A DNA stretch of 64,000 bases from Nitrososphaerota archaeon (GTDB taxonomy: Archaea > Thermoproteota > Nitrososphaeria_A > Caldarchaeales > Calditenuaceae). Positions 1 through 9,265 of the stretch are shown here, piece after piece. The notes beneath the pieces were generated by a model, which saw only the letters and a list, made by a program, of their open reading frames with translations, was not told where the DNA came from and did not search any database. Where the stretch lies: the NCBI GenBank assembly GCA_041641295.1, contig JBEPYO010000001.1:608001-672000 (forward strand), written 5' to 3'. Positions within the stretch are counted from its first letter, which is position 1, and the number at the start of each line of letters is the position of its first letter. The position numbers and the translations under genes were made by a program.

Positions 1-701
1 TCATAGAAGAATTCTCGAGATGCTTGGGACAGGTTCTTAATAGGTATCCGCCGAAGCCTGCACCAATAGGAAACGGGTTCTTCCGAGTAATTGTTCAATC
101 AAAGGCTCTCTACGACCTGCTTCGGAAGCCTATCGACATAGAGGTGATAAGACCATTCGTGGAGCATTGTGAAGAGTGTATGAAGAGCTTTTTGAGAGGA
201 TTCTTCGACAGCGAAGGCTCAGTAAGTAGTTATGGCTCTATTACATGCGTCAACACTGACGAAAGACTCATCAACTATGTTAAGATGCTTCTAAATAATC
301 TAGGCATCAAAACAACTGGGCCACATCTTCAGATGAAGAGAGGAACACCATTCTTCAGCAAGAAGAGGGGCAAGACCTACCGGACAAGAAAGGACGCCTA
401 TAGCCTCTACATCAGGACATGCAGCAGGCTAAAATTCTACGAGCTAGTAGGCTTCACAATCAAGAAAAGGCAGCAAAGATTAGAAGAATACCTGAGGAGA
501 CTAGGACGCCTAAACATGCCACCCAGCCAAACCTCCCCCCAAACACTATCCTCAACTCCCATCTCAACCTCCCACTCACAATATAGAATATCCGGAATGG
601 CCGCGGGTGGGACTCGAACCCACGATCGCCGGGTCCACAGCCCGGAGTGTTACCAGCTACACCACCGCGGCCACCGCTACGAGTTCGCAGATTTCAGGTA
701 A
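1..701 (+). CDS. LAGLIDADG-family endonuclease-like protein, 5' end outside the window
   Basis: Motif FLRGFFDSEGSV is present. The frame is open from base 3 (IEEFSRCLGQVLNR). It aligns by eye with 9266..10426. The C-terminal tail reads through tRNA-His on the opposite strand. Confidence 0.85.
   Translation, partial: IEEFSRCLGQVLNRYPPKPAPIGNGFFRVIVQSKALYDLLRKPIDIEVIRPFVEHCEECMKSFLRGFFDSEGSVSSYGSITCVNTDERLINYVKMLLNNLGIKTTGPHLQMKRGTPFFSKKRGKTYRTRKDAYSLYIRTCSRLKFYELVGFTIKKRQQRLEEYLRRLGRLNMPPSQTSPQTLSSTPISTSHSQYRISGMAAGGTRTHDRRVHSPECYQLHHRGHRYEFADFR
599..672 (-). tRNA. tRNA-His(GTG), intron-less, with genomically encoded G-1
   Basis: Cloverleaf: GCCGCGG acceptor stem, CCGGG-CTGTGGA-CCCGG anticodon arm, GTGGG-TTCGAGT-CCCAC T arm, discriminator C, and G at -1 (base 672). 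Confidence 0.95.
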
Positions 702-728
702 TATATTTGAGGGTGCCGGGTCTTAGAT

Positions 729-1049
729 TTAGGCGTATTCCCGCCAAGTGTAGCCGCACTTAGTGCATCTGAAGAACTGTGTCATGGGCTCGTCGGCGGA
801 TCTTGTCTGGACGCTCCACCAGTAGGCTTCCTGGTTTCCACACTGTGGGCACTGTACGTCGCCGGTCTTCGGCAGCACCTCCTTCTCAACATCATCGACT
901 ATCACTGTTTTCCGCGGCTTCCTCTGTTTGTGGGTGATGATGTCGCCTGTAGGCTTCTTCACATACCCACACTTTCTACAGACCAGTACTACGCTGTTTG
1001 ACTTCCGCTCAGTGATTAGGACTGCGTCGCAGCGTGGGCAGAACTCCAT
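729..1049 (-). CDS. tfs: transcription factor S (TFS, RpoM family)
   Basis: Two Zn ribbons and the QTRSADEP acidic hairpin motif. Confidence 0.92.
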   Translation of the reverse strand: MEFCPRCDAVLITERKSNSVVLVCRKCGYVKKPTGDIITHKQRKPRKTVIVDDVEKEVLPKTGDVQCPQCGNQEAYWWSVQTRSADEPMTQFFRCTKCGYTWREYA

Positions 1050-1130
1050 GCCTCATCCTCCACCTCTTACACCGAGAGAATAGCACCGCACGGTTATTTG
1101 ATTAACCTTATTCAAGGCCACCCGCCTCTC

Positions 1131-1409
1131 CTATGATAGGAGCTGCTGTATCGACTCTCTCAACCCCTTCGCCCTTGAGGAGAGTTCGCGTACGCCCTTC
1201 AGCAATACGTCGGCGGCTTTATGCCCCTCGCGAGTCCTAAGTATGAACCTTAACGTCCCGATTAGAGGGTGTGTTAGGGTGACGCCGGCGTATTCAACCT
1301 CCTCGAAAGAGTTGAGAACCTCCTGTAGCGAATCAAGGATGCTGAAGTCTATGTCTTTCAGCTCTAGCTCTAAGACGTTTTCACCCCTCTCGATTACCTT
1401 GACCTCCAG
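1131..1409 (-). CDS. rpoL: DNA-directed RNA polymerase subunit L (92 aa), probable CTG start; absent from the ORF track
   Basis: Manual translation gives (L/M)EVKVIERGENVLELELKDIDFSILDSLQEVLNSFEEVEYAGVTLTHPLIGTLRFILRT..., with the HPL motif. It sits in the conserved csl4-rpoL-tfs order. Confidence 0.85.
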   Translation of the reverse strand: MEVKVIERGENVLELELKDIDFSILDSLQEVLNSFEEVEYAGVTLTHPLIGTLRFILRTREGHKAADVLLKGVRELSSRAKGLRESIQQLLS

Positions 1410-2014
1410 AGCAGACCACCACCCTCCGGTGAAAGCAACCCTCCAAACATCTTAAGGAGCGTATTAACCTTCCCGTAGTAGGGGACTATCGGCCTGTTAG
1501 TATATTTCCTCTTACACCTTGTGCAGAAGAGGGCTCTGCCACTCAGGGTCAGGGGGGCGCCGCATATATCGCAGAAAGCCTGGAAGACGCCAAGACCACG
1601 ACCCCTAACCGTGAGGCTGTATATGCCAGAGTAGTCCTCCCGGATCCGCGCTACAATTATGTCTCCCACGGTGAAGAGTGGTGTTTCGCGGCGTTGTAGG
1701 GCTGCCGCTGTCCAGTGGGTCTTGACCGGGTGGCCGGCTGCAGCGAGTATGTCGCAGATAACTAGCTTGTCTTGGACCTCTCTAACTTGGCAGAGGACGA
1801 GGTCTCCCGTCCTGATCTTTACCGAGGGCTTTGCGGCCTTGACAGAGACCGAGTGTCTCTTCAAGTCGTACTCCGCAACCCCAGCGACGGTTGCCACCAC
1901 GGCCCCGTCTTTTAGGACCTCTGCACCCTCACCCGGCATGAACTCCTCCACTACGCAGAGCTTATCGCCTGGAAGGACTAGCCTGCCTGATGCTTGAAAC
2001 CTCACTCCGAGCAT
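1394..2014 (-). CDS. csl4: exosome RNA-binding protein Csl4
   Basis: LVLPGDKL...EEFMPGEG N-terminus, S1 domain, C-terminal CxxC...CxxC Zn ribbon. Confidence 0.85.
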   Translation of the reverse strand: MLGVRFQASGRLVLPGDKLCVVEEFMPGEGAEVLKDGAVVATVAGVAEYDLKRHSVSVKAAKPSVKIRTGDLVLCQVREVQDKLVICDILAAAGHPVKTHWTAAALQRRETPLFTVGDIIVARIREDYSGIYSLTVRGRGLGVFQAFCDICGAPLTLSGRALFCTRCKRKYTNRPIVPYYGKVNTLLKMFGGLLSPEGGGLLWRSR

Positions 2015-2066
2015 AGACTGCTACGGGGAGTAGATAAAGTAGATGTTCCATCATGAGGGGTGTGAG

Positions 2067-2666
2067 ATGGGTGGGCGGGGGTTGATTGTGGCCATCGAAG
2101 GAATTGACGGCGCTGGGAAGACAACCCAGGCTAAGCGGCTTGTGAGATTTCTAAGGTCGAAGGGCGTGGCGGCAGAGTATACCTCGGAGCCGACCAGCTC
2201 CGCCCTCGGAAAGATGATTAAGTCCTACTTGAGGCGGGGAGGAGTGGACCCCCACCTGCTGGCCCTCCTCTTCGCAGCAGACAGAGTCTACCATCTAAAC
2301 AAAACTGTCAACCCATTGCTGGAGAGGGGCCGCGTAGTGGTTTGTGACAGATACCTTTACTCGTCCTATGCTTATCAGGGCGTGATGACCGGCCATCCCC
2401 TTTGGGTCAGGGAGATTAACAGGATGGCCCCACCACCAGATATCGCTGTCCTGCTGGACATCAGCGTTGAAGAAGCCCTTAGGAGGAAGAAGAGGAGGAT
2501 AAGGTTCGAGGACCCGGCCTTCCTAGAGGAGGTTAGGAGGGAGTATCTTAGACTGTGCGAGGCTGGGTTGATGGTAAAGGTAGACGCCGGAGGTGGGGTA
2601 GACGCAGTCTTCGTCGAGCTGGTGCGGGTTGTTTCGCCGCGGCTTGGCCTGAGTCCTAGCGCATGA
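2067..2666 (+). CDS. tmk: thymidylate (dTMP) kinase
   Basis: IEGIDGAGKTT P-loop, LFAADR and CDRY motifs. Start placed at ATG 2067. Confidence 0.92.
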   Translation: MGGRGLIVAIEGIDGAGKTTQAKRLVRFLRSKGVAAEYTSEPTSSALGKMIKSYLRRGGVDPHLLALLFAADRVYHLNKTVNPLLERGRVVVCDRYLYSSYAYQGVMTGHPLWVREINRMAPPPDIAVLLDISVEEALRRKKRRIRFEDPAFLEEVRREYLRLCEAGLMVKVDAGGGVDAVFVELVRVVSPRLGLSPSA

Positions 2667-2683
2667 GGGATGCTCCGTGACTG

Positions 2684-3154
2684 TTATTCTTCACTGCTTC
2701 GCAGCATCTTCTTAATCTCCGAGGCCACCGATATGCATGCCTTCTCCACACTTTCAGAGAGGCCTGAGCCCTGCTCAAATCGCTCACCCTCTATGCCGTA
2801 GACAAGTATCCTAGCTGGGAGCATCCTGAGGGAGTCAGCCAAGCCGATAATCTCCGGCAAAGTCATGGTGTGTGTCGACCTCCACGCAGCCGTCTTTGAT
2901 AGTTTGTCCGTCGAGTCGAGCCTGTGGATGGTTCCTCCACCAGAGAATTTCTCCATGGCATCGACTATGACCAAGAGGTCTATGTCGCCTGTCAGGTGGT
3001 CTAGAAGCTCGGTGAGCGTCTGAAGCCTGATAACCTCTGCACCAGCCTCTCCCGAGAGCAGGTCGGCGACCCTATGCCCAGCCCCATCATCACCCCTAAA
3101 CGTGTTGCCGATACACGCCACCATTACGCGTCTTCTGCGGCTACTCTTCCTCAA
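2684..3154 (-). CDS. hydrogenase maturation endopeptidase (HycI/HybD family)
   Basis: [14 protein letters not shown] and STH motifs; directly downstream of the large subunit gene. Confidence 0.9.
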   Translation of the reverse strand: MRKSSRRRRVMVACIGNTFRGDDGAGHRVADLLSGEAGAEVIRLQTLTELLDHLTGDIDLLVIVDAMEKFSGGGTIHRLDSTDKLSKTAAWRSTHTMTLPEIIGLADSLRMLPARILVYGIEGERFEQGSGLSESVEKACISVASEIKKMLRSSEE

Positions 3155-4436
3155 TCTCCAGCTTTAGGAAGTGTGTCGCACAGGAGATGCATGGGTCGTA
3201 GTTTCTTACCGCCTGCTCGAACCGCCAGACTGCCTGGCTACGTGGGAGCCTCACTATCTCGGGGGCTAGGGCCCGGAGGTCCTCCTCAATCCTCTTCTGG
3301 TTCTGGGCTGTGGGGGGCACTATCTTGGCTGAGAGTATCCGGCCCTCGCCATCCACGTCGTATCTGTGGTAGAGTATGCCTCTCGGAGCCTCAGTGCATC
3401 CGCAACCTCTCCCAGCTCTGACCTGCGGCTCAACCCTAGGACTCGACGGCTCAACATATTCGTCGATAATCCTGAGAGCCTCCTCAAAGGAGTAGTATGT
3501 CTCAGCAACTCGCGCGATTATGCTCTTGAACGGGTTCCTGCAAGGTGTCTTAAAGCCGATTCTCCTTAAGGCCCCTTTTGTGCGGTCGTGGAGCTTGTCA
3601 TAGTTAAGGTTGATTCTGGAGAGGGGGCCGACCATGTATGAGCCCCTGCCGACTATGTAGGAGTGTAGCGCATTGGAGTGTGGGACCTGCTCCTCCGCAA
3701 AATAGTCCTCGTACTGGTCAACATCAATGTCCAATCCCTTATTCGACACAATCCTTCCCTCGTTCATCGGATACTCTTCTGGGTGTCTGAGGGAGACGAA
3801 CTCGTAGTCCTGCTCAAAAGCAGGGAACTCTAGGTCCGCAACCCACTCCAGCAGGTCTTCAACAGTCGCCATGTTTTCTACTAGTCGCTCCCTCAGCTCC
3901 ATTAGCTCGCGCTTAGAAGGCACGCGGTAGAACCCACCTACGCATGCTGAGACAGGGTGAATCTCCCGGCCACCCAGCAGCGAGACTATATCATTTCCCA
4001 GCTTCTTCACCTTGAGGGCATTCTTCACTACTCTGGGGTGTTTCTTAGCCATCTTAATTGCGTCGTCGTATCCTAGGAAGTCGGGTGCGTGGAGGAGGAA
4101 GGCGTGGAGCATGTGGCTCTCTATCCACTCACCACAGTAGTAAAGCCTCCTCAGACTCCTCACCGACGGGGCTATGGTTACGCCGAAGAGCCTTTCAAAA
4201 GCATGCACCGAGCTCATCTGATAAGCCACAGGGCAAATCCCGCAGATCCTAGCAGTTATATCTGGGGCGTCATAGTACATCCGGCCCACTAGCAGTGCTT
4301 CGAAGAGCCTCGGAGGCTCGAATATCCTGAACTTGACGTCCACCACCTCGCGGCCTCTAAGCTTGATGTAGAGCGCGCCCTCGCCCTCAACCCTGGCTAG
4401 GTAGTCCACACGGTATTCCTTCTCCCTAGCAGTCAA
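3141..4436 (-). CDS. group 3b [NiFe]-hydrogenase large (alpha) subunit
   Basis: ARVEGEG, L1 motif RICGIC, L2 motif DPCISCATH followed by a short cleavable tail. Confidence 0.95.
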   Translation of the reverse strand: MTAREKEYRVDYLARVEGEGALYIKLRGREVVDVKFRIFEPPRLFEALLVGRMYYDAPDITARICGICPVAYQMSSVHAFERLFGVTIAPSVRSLRRLYYCGEWIESHMLHAFLLHAPDFLGYDDAIKMAKKHPRVVKNALKVKKLGNDIVSLLGGREIHPVSACVGGFYRVPSKRELMELRERLVENMATVEDLLEWVADLEFPAFEQDYEFVSLRHPEEYPMNEGRIVSNKGLDIDVDQYEDYFAEEQVPHSNALHSYIVGRGSYMVGPLSRINLNYDKLHDRTKGALRRIGFKTPCRNPFKSIIARVAETYYSFEEALRIIDEYVEPSSPRVEPQVRAGRGCGCTEAPRGILYHRYDVDGEGRILSAKIVPPTAQNQKRIEEDLRALAPEIVRLPRSQAVWRFEQAVRNYDPCISCATHFLKLEIEEE

Positions 4437-5203
4437 GCCTCAGCCTCCACCTCCCTAAAGCCAGGCGCCCAAGCGTTGAAGAGTCTGAAGGCCATGACGA
4501 CTTCCTCCCGCCTCCTACCCAGCTCTATGAAACGCTTCATTAGTGACTTAGAGTTAAGCGACTCTTTAGGCCCGTAGCAGCCATAGCATCCCCTCCCATA
4601 GGCTGGGCAGATGGCCCCACAGCCTGCATGAGTCACTGGCCCGAGACATGGAACGCCCCGAGCCACCATTACACATGCCGTGCCCCTCAGCTTACACTCG
4701 ACACAGACGCTCTGGTTGGGAATGCTGGGCGCCCTCCCCGAGAGGTACGCCGAAATCACCTCGAGTAGCTGGTACTTGTTTATTGGGCAGCCCCGGAGTT
4801 CGAAGTCAACCGGCACGTGGTCTGAGATGGGGGTAGACTTGTCCAGCGTCTCGATGTATTCTGGCTTCGGATAGACGTATTTCATAAACTCGGCTGAGCC
4901 CCTCCAGTTCCTGAGGGCCTGTATCCCGCCTGCTGTCGCGCACGCGCCTATGGTTATGAGTACTCTGCAGTTCTTCCTGATCTCTTTGATGAGCTCGGCG
5001 TCGTGGGGGGTTGTGATGCTTCCCTCTACTAGGCCGATGTCATATGGGCCCTTAACTACTGCACGGCTTGCCTCCAAGAAGTACGCGATCTCGAATGTCT
5101 CGCCAATTGTTAGCAACTCCTCCTCCAAGTCGAGGATGCTTAGCTGGCAGCCATCACATGACGCGAATTTATAGACTGCAATCTTTGGCCTTCTCTTCGC
5201 CAT
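4433..5203 (-). CDS. group 3b hydrogenase small (delta) subunit
   Basis: [14 protein letters not shown] and GCP FeS motifs. Start MAKRRPK at 5203 overlaps the upstream stop (TGATG). Confidence 0.92.
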   Translation of the reverse strand: MAKRRPKIAVYKFASCDGCQLSILDLEEELLTIGETFEIAYFLEASRAVVKGPYDIGLVEGSITTPHDAELIKEIRKNCRVLITIGACATAGGIQALRNWRGSAEFMKYVYPKPEYIETLDKSTPISDHVPVDFELRGCPINKYQLLEVISAYLSGRAPSIPNQSVCVECKLRGTACVMVARGVPCLGPVTHAGCGAICPAYGRGCYGCYGPKESLNSKSLMKRFIELGRRREEVVMAFRLFNAWAPGFREVEAEA

Positions 5204-6060
5204 CACACCTCCCTCCGCCCGAAGAAGTTTGAGACTTCTGAGAGGCTGAAGACAGGCCCATCCTTGCAGACGAAGAACGGGCCGAACTGGCAGTGCCCAC
5301 ATATACCGACGCCACACTTCATATTCCTCTCCATAGAGATGAAAATCCTCTCATCTGGAAGCCCCTGATTCTTCAACTCCTGCACGGTAAACCTCATCAT
5401 TATCTCAGGGCCGCAGACGTATGCATAGGTGTTGTTTGGCTCGAGCCTCAAGTATCTGAACAGTGTTGTGACTACGCCTATGTATCCGCGCCACTTCTCA
5501 TCCCCTCTATCTACAGTGACGAGTAGCTGGGTGTCCAGCCTGCTCCTCCAGACACGCAGTTCTTTCTTATAGAGCAGGTCGGCTGGCGTGCGGGCCCCAT
5601 AGAGAACATAGAGCTTCCCATACTTCTCCCTGTTTCTTATTATGTGTTGTATTGCCGGTCTTAGGGGTGCTAAACCTATTCCACCCCCAACAATAATTAC
5701 GTCCTGACCCTCAGCCTCTCTGAGCGGCCACCCCCTACCGAAGGGCCCCCTCAACCCCACGCTCGAACCTATCCGCGCCGTCGTCAAGGCCTTGGTCACA
5801 GGCCCCACCGCCCTCACGGTATGCTCCAGTGTCTGCCCGTTGGAGGAGGCTCCGCTTATGGAGATGGGGACCTCGCCCACGCCATAGGCGTAGAGCATGT
5901 TGAACTGGCCGGGGCTGAAAGCTATCTCGCCACGCCTGAGCGGACGAAGCCTAATGGTGTACGTGTCAGGCGTCTCTTTATTCCGTCCAACCAATTGGCA
6001 CCAATCAATCCTGAACGGCTCTAGAGCGGTGGCCGCTCCGAGACTCTGCTCAGTCATCAC
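5203..6060 (-). CDS. group 3b hydrogenase gamma subunit (FAD/NAD(P)-binding, 2Fe-2S)
   Basis: [15 protein letters not shown] and [11 protein letters not shown] motifs. Confidence 0.92.
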   Translation of the reverse strand: MMTEQSLGAATALEPFRIDWCQLVGRNKETPDTYTIRLRPLRRGEIAFSPGQFNMLYAYGVGEVPISISGASSNGQTLEHTVRAVGPVTKALTTARIGSSVGLRGPFGRGWPLREAEGQDVIIVGGGIGLAPLRPAIQHIIRNREKYGKLYVLYGARTPADLLYKKELRVWRSRLDTQLLVTVDRGDEKWRGYIGVVTTLFRYLRLEPNNTYAYVCGPEIMMRFTVQELKNQGLPDERIFISMERNMKCGVGICGHCQFGPFFVCKDGPVFSLSEVSNFFGRREV

Positions 6061-6542
6061 ACCGCACCAGTCCTCGGCTCACCGTAGATATCCGCGAGAC
6101 GCAGCCTAGCAGCCCTAAGCCTGTCAGCGACAACCATCACTATGCGCCGGTAGACCTCGTAGCCGAATTCGATGTCGCTCTCCATCATCCGCAACATTTT
6201 CTCACTGTCGATCGAGATCGCCATCGTGTTCTCAACGGCTACCGCGCCGGCGGTCTTCTTGAAGGGCTCTATGAGTGAGGACCAGCCCAGAACCTCCCCG
6301 CTGCCAATGGTCTCGAACCTGAACTCACCCCGCGGCGGAATATTGAAGTAAAGAGCTACAAGGCCATAGACTATCAGGTACAGTTTTTTATGCACTTCTC
6401 CCTCGCTGAATATCCGCTGCCCCGCTGTGAACCGAACAATGCTAGCGATTGATGCGAGCTCCTTGACCTTCTCCGCCCGCATGCCCTTGGTGAAGGGGTG
6501 GTCGCTCAGCAGTGTTAAGAGCTCGACCTGCTGGCTACTCAT
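6057..6542 (-). CDS. stand-alone cyclic-nucleotide-binding (CAP/CNBD) domain protein
   Basis: GQRIFSEG...LYLIVYGLV...[13 protein letters not shown] pattern; no C-terminal HTH is visible. Confidence 0.85.
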   Translation of the reverse strand: MSSQQVELLTLLSDHPFTKGMRAEKVKELASIASIVRFTAGQRIFSEGEVHKKLYLIVYGLVALYFNIPPRGEFRFETIGSGEVLGWSSLIEPFKKTAGAVAVENTMAISIDSEKMLRMMESDIEFGYEVYRRIVMVVADRLRAARLRLADIYGEPRTGAV

Positions 6543-7675
6543 GTCGCACTCACCTCCAGCACCCTCTGCCTAATCTTCGCCGCCTCCTCCGTAATATCTA
6601 TCCCCACTGGGCACCAAGTGATGCACCTGCCACAGCCCACACAGCCCATGACGCCGAACTGGTCAATCCACGTCGCGAGCTTGTGTGTAAACCACTGACG
6701 ATACCTGCTCATCCTACTAGACCTGATGGGGCCTCCGTGGATATAGGAGAAGTCGGCATTGAAGCATGAGTCCCATCTCCTCCAACGCTCAGCAACATTG
6801 CCCGAAAGAGTTGTAACCTCCTCAACAGTCGTGCAGAAGCATGTGGGGCAGACAAGTGTACAGTTAGCGCATGCGAGACACCTCTCAGCAACCTCTGCGT
6901 AGACCGGGCTCTCGAGGTTTTTGTACAACAAGTCCTTCAGACCGTTCACGTCCAGACCCTTCCTAAACAATGTTCGAGCCCTCTCAATCCTCGCAGCGGC
7001 CTCTGAGACTTCCTCGTCAGTCGCCCTCCGCGCACCGATACGCTCTAGGAGGCTCTTGCCAGCACTCGAACCCGCCTTAGCTACGAAGTAGTGTACACCA
7101 TCGCCCACTACCTCAGTGAGGCCTATATCGTAGCCCGACCCCGCCTCAGGCCCCGTGCCGACGGATAGGCAGAAGCAGTTCTCACCCGGCTCGGTACAGT
7201 TGACCGCAACTATGAAGACCTCGCGCCTCATTGCCGAGTAGACTGGGTCCACGTATGGGCCGCCCAGCAACACCTTGTCTAGGACCGAGATGGCGGCGAG
7301 CTCACACCCCCTAACCCCTATGAAGGCCAGCTTCTTCCCCAACACGTTGTTGGGGGTGACTTCACCTTTTCTCGAAACTGTGAAGAGTTTGACGCGGGGT
7401 GGATATAGAAACCTCTTCCACGAGTGTGGGCCTACTACGAAGCCGAAGAACGCCTTATCACCTCTCTCCTCTAGCCTGTAGTATCCTGGCCCCTGCCTAT
7501 CCCTCAGCCCCACTGGTAGCTGAGAGGCTGACTCAATCTCATCGTACACTATGGCACCCTCCCTGACTACTGGCCCAATAACAGAGTATCCAAGCCCTCG
7601 AAGAGCTGTGATTAGCTCGCCGAGAAGCGGGGGGTCGAGAAGATAATGATCGCTTTGATCTCTAAGTTCCCCCAT
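6539..7675 (-). CDS. group 3b hydrogenase beta subunit (4Fe-4S dicluster)
   Basis: [16 protein letters not shown] and [12 protein letters not shown]. Start placed at ATG 7675, downstream of the TATA-like box at 7701-7710. Confidence 0.9.
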   Translation of the reverse strand: MGELRDQSDHYLLDPPLLGELITALRGLGYSVIGPVVREGAIVYDEIESASQLPVGLRDRQGPGYYRLEERGDKAFFGFVVGPHSWKRFLYPPRVKLFTVSRKGEVTPNNVLGKKLAFIGVRGCELAAISVLDKVLLGGPYVDPVYSAMRREVFIVAVNCTEPGENCFCLSVGTGPEAGSGYDIGLTEVVGDGVHYFVAKAGSSAGKSLLERIGARRATDEEVSEAAARIERARTLFRKGLDVNGLKDLLYKNLESPVYAEVAERCLACANCTLVCPTCFCTTVEEVTTLSGNVAERWRRWDSCFNADFSYIHGGPIRSSRMSRYRQWFTHKLATWIDQFGVMGCVGCGRCITWCPVGIDITEEAAKIRQRVLEVSAT

Positions 7676-7700
7676 CACATGTTTTAGAGTATTGAAAATC

Positions 7701-7750
7701 ATATAAATATATCGTGCCTTCATGCTGAAGGTCTATGCTTTCATGCTGAA
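7701..7750 (-). promoter_or_regulatory. putative hydrogenase operon promoter: TATA-like box with two upstream TTCA-N3-TGAA palindromes
   Basis: The minus strand reads ATATTTATAT at 7710-7701. TTCATGCTGAA occurs at 7719-7729 and 7740-7750. Confidence 0.55.
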
Positions 7751-7788
7751 TATTATTGAGATATGTAGACAAGCATAAGGGTGTGGAA

Positions 7789-8568
7789 CTAGTCTACACT
7801 TAGGCCCGCATTCCTGAGAACGTGTTTGAGCGCATCAGCGAACCGCGTCGAAAGAAGCTCATCCCTCCCCAGCCTGCCGCTCCGCGAACTCAGCAACGGG
7901 TCAAAAGGAATCTCTCCTAGAAACGCAACGCCTTTAGCACGCGCCAGCTCCTTCGTAGGACTCTCAGGGTCGCTGGTGGACATGTTCTCTACGAGGCCGA
8001 TTATTTTTAGAGACGCCGACCTCAGAATATCTATGAGTCTTCCGGCCACGTTTACTGCCAAGTGCGTCGGCGTGGTAATCACGATTGCTCCGCCACTCCT
8101 CTTAACGTATTTCGAGATCGTGAGAAGTTCGTCCCCAGTCCCCGGAGGCATGTCTACTAACAGGTAGTCGAGCCTGCCGAAGGCTGTTAGGGCCAGCATC
8201 TCCTTCACGATCTCCTCCTTGGCCTGCCCTGTTAGGGGGAGGGGCCTACCCTTCGAGAAAAGGTCGATGGACATAACCTTCAACCCCTCCACCACCGGCG
8301 GGACCAGACCCTCTCCCGACTCGACAGGATTGTCCTCAACACCTAGTAGTAGGCATGAAGAGGGGCCATGCAGGTCGAGGTCGAGCAGCCCTGTCCTATT
8401 GGATGCCCGTGAGAGCATGAGGGCGGCGGTGGCGGCTATTAGGCTCTTCCCCACACCACCCTTCCCGCCCGTGACCAAGATTATTTGAGAGATTTTTCCT
8501 ATGTTCTCCTCGATGAGGGAGTCTCTGTAGTCGAGCCGGCCCCCACTATCCCTCGACGCATACGACAT
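7789..8568 (-). CDS. Mrp/MinD-family P-loop ATPase, probably ATPase-type HypB
   Basis: GGKGGVGKS, LDLDLHG, DMPPGTGDE and ENMS motifs; coupled to hypA as in Thermococcales. Confidence 0.8.
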   Translation of the reverse strand: MSYASRDSGGRLDYRDSLIEENIGKISQIILVTGGKGGVGKSLIAATAALMLSRASNRTGLLDLDLHGPSSCLLLGVEDNPVESGEGLVPPVVEGLKVMSIDLFSKGRPLPLTGQAKEEIVKEMLALTAFGRLDYLLVDMPPGTGDELLTISKYVKRSGGAIVITTPTHLAVNVAGRLIDILRSASLKIIGLVENMSTSDPESPTKELARAKGVAFLGEIPFDPLLSSRSGRLGRDELLSTRFADALKHVLRNAGLSVD

Positions 8569-8953
8569 CTCTCACACTCACACCCCGACCCGAGACAATC
8601 CTCAAGTCTAGGCTTCCACACCACTTGCAGGCCGCATATGACGCTATCAGATCTGGGAGAAAATGTATCATCTCCCTCTCCTCCTCGCTGAGACCAGAGA
8701 TGGCCTCGCCGAAAGTCATAGTGTGGCCGCATGAGCCGCAGCTAATCATAGCAGGCTCAATCTCGATGGAGAACTCTGCCCCCTTGACCGCGCTGGCCGC
8801 GATAAGCCTCTCCAAAGCCTCACGAAGCACACTTGTGTCGAGCATACTCAGCTCACCGACCAAGACCCTAAAGCTCCTGACACCACAGCCAGACTTTAAC
8901 GAAAAGTCTCTAACCGACTCGACAACACCCCTCGCGATCGCATACTCATGCAT
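8546..8953 (-). CDS. hypA: hydrogenase nickel incorporation protein HypA
   Basis: N-terminal MHE, GELS motif, and two CxxC separated by an insertion containing IHFLP. Confidence 0.93.
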   Translation of the reverse strand: MHEYAIARGVVESVRDFSLKSGCGVRSFRVLVGELSMLDTSVLREALERLIAASAVKGAEFSIEIEPAMISCGSCGHTMTFGEAISGLSEEEREMIHFLPDLIASYAACKWCGSLDLRIVSGRGVSVRDVVCVEG

Positions 8954-9265
8954 ATCTCTTAAACAACTACACTAACCAACCCATAACCCTTATCCCGGAT
9001 TTTCAATCCTAACAGTCCAAGGACATCATAGTTTGTTCTTGGACTATTTGTGAATGAGCGATCACTAAAGTATCCATATCCTGTGAATTTAGCTTCTATT
9101 GTGGCCTATGTGAATGCCTCTGGATTGACTGATCCTCCTCCTTGACTGATAGGCCTTTAGATTGGACGTGAGTGACTTATTGGAAATTTAACAATCTTAA
9201 ACCATAATATACTTTCAGCGAAGTCTCTTAAGAGTTATAAAGCCCCCATACTTGCTATTCTAGTC

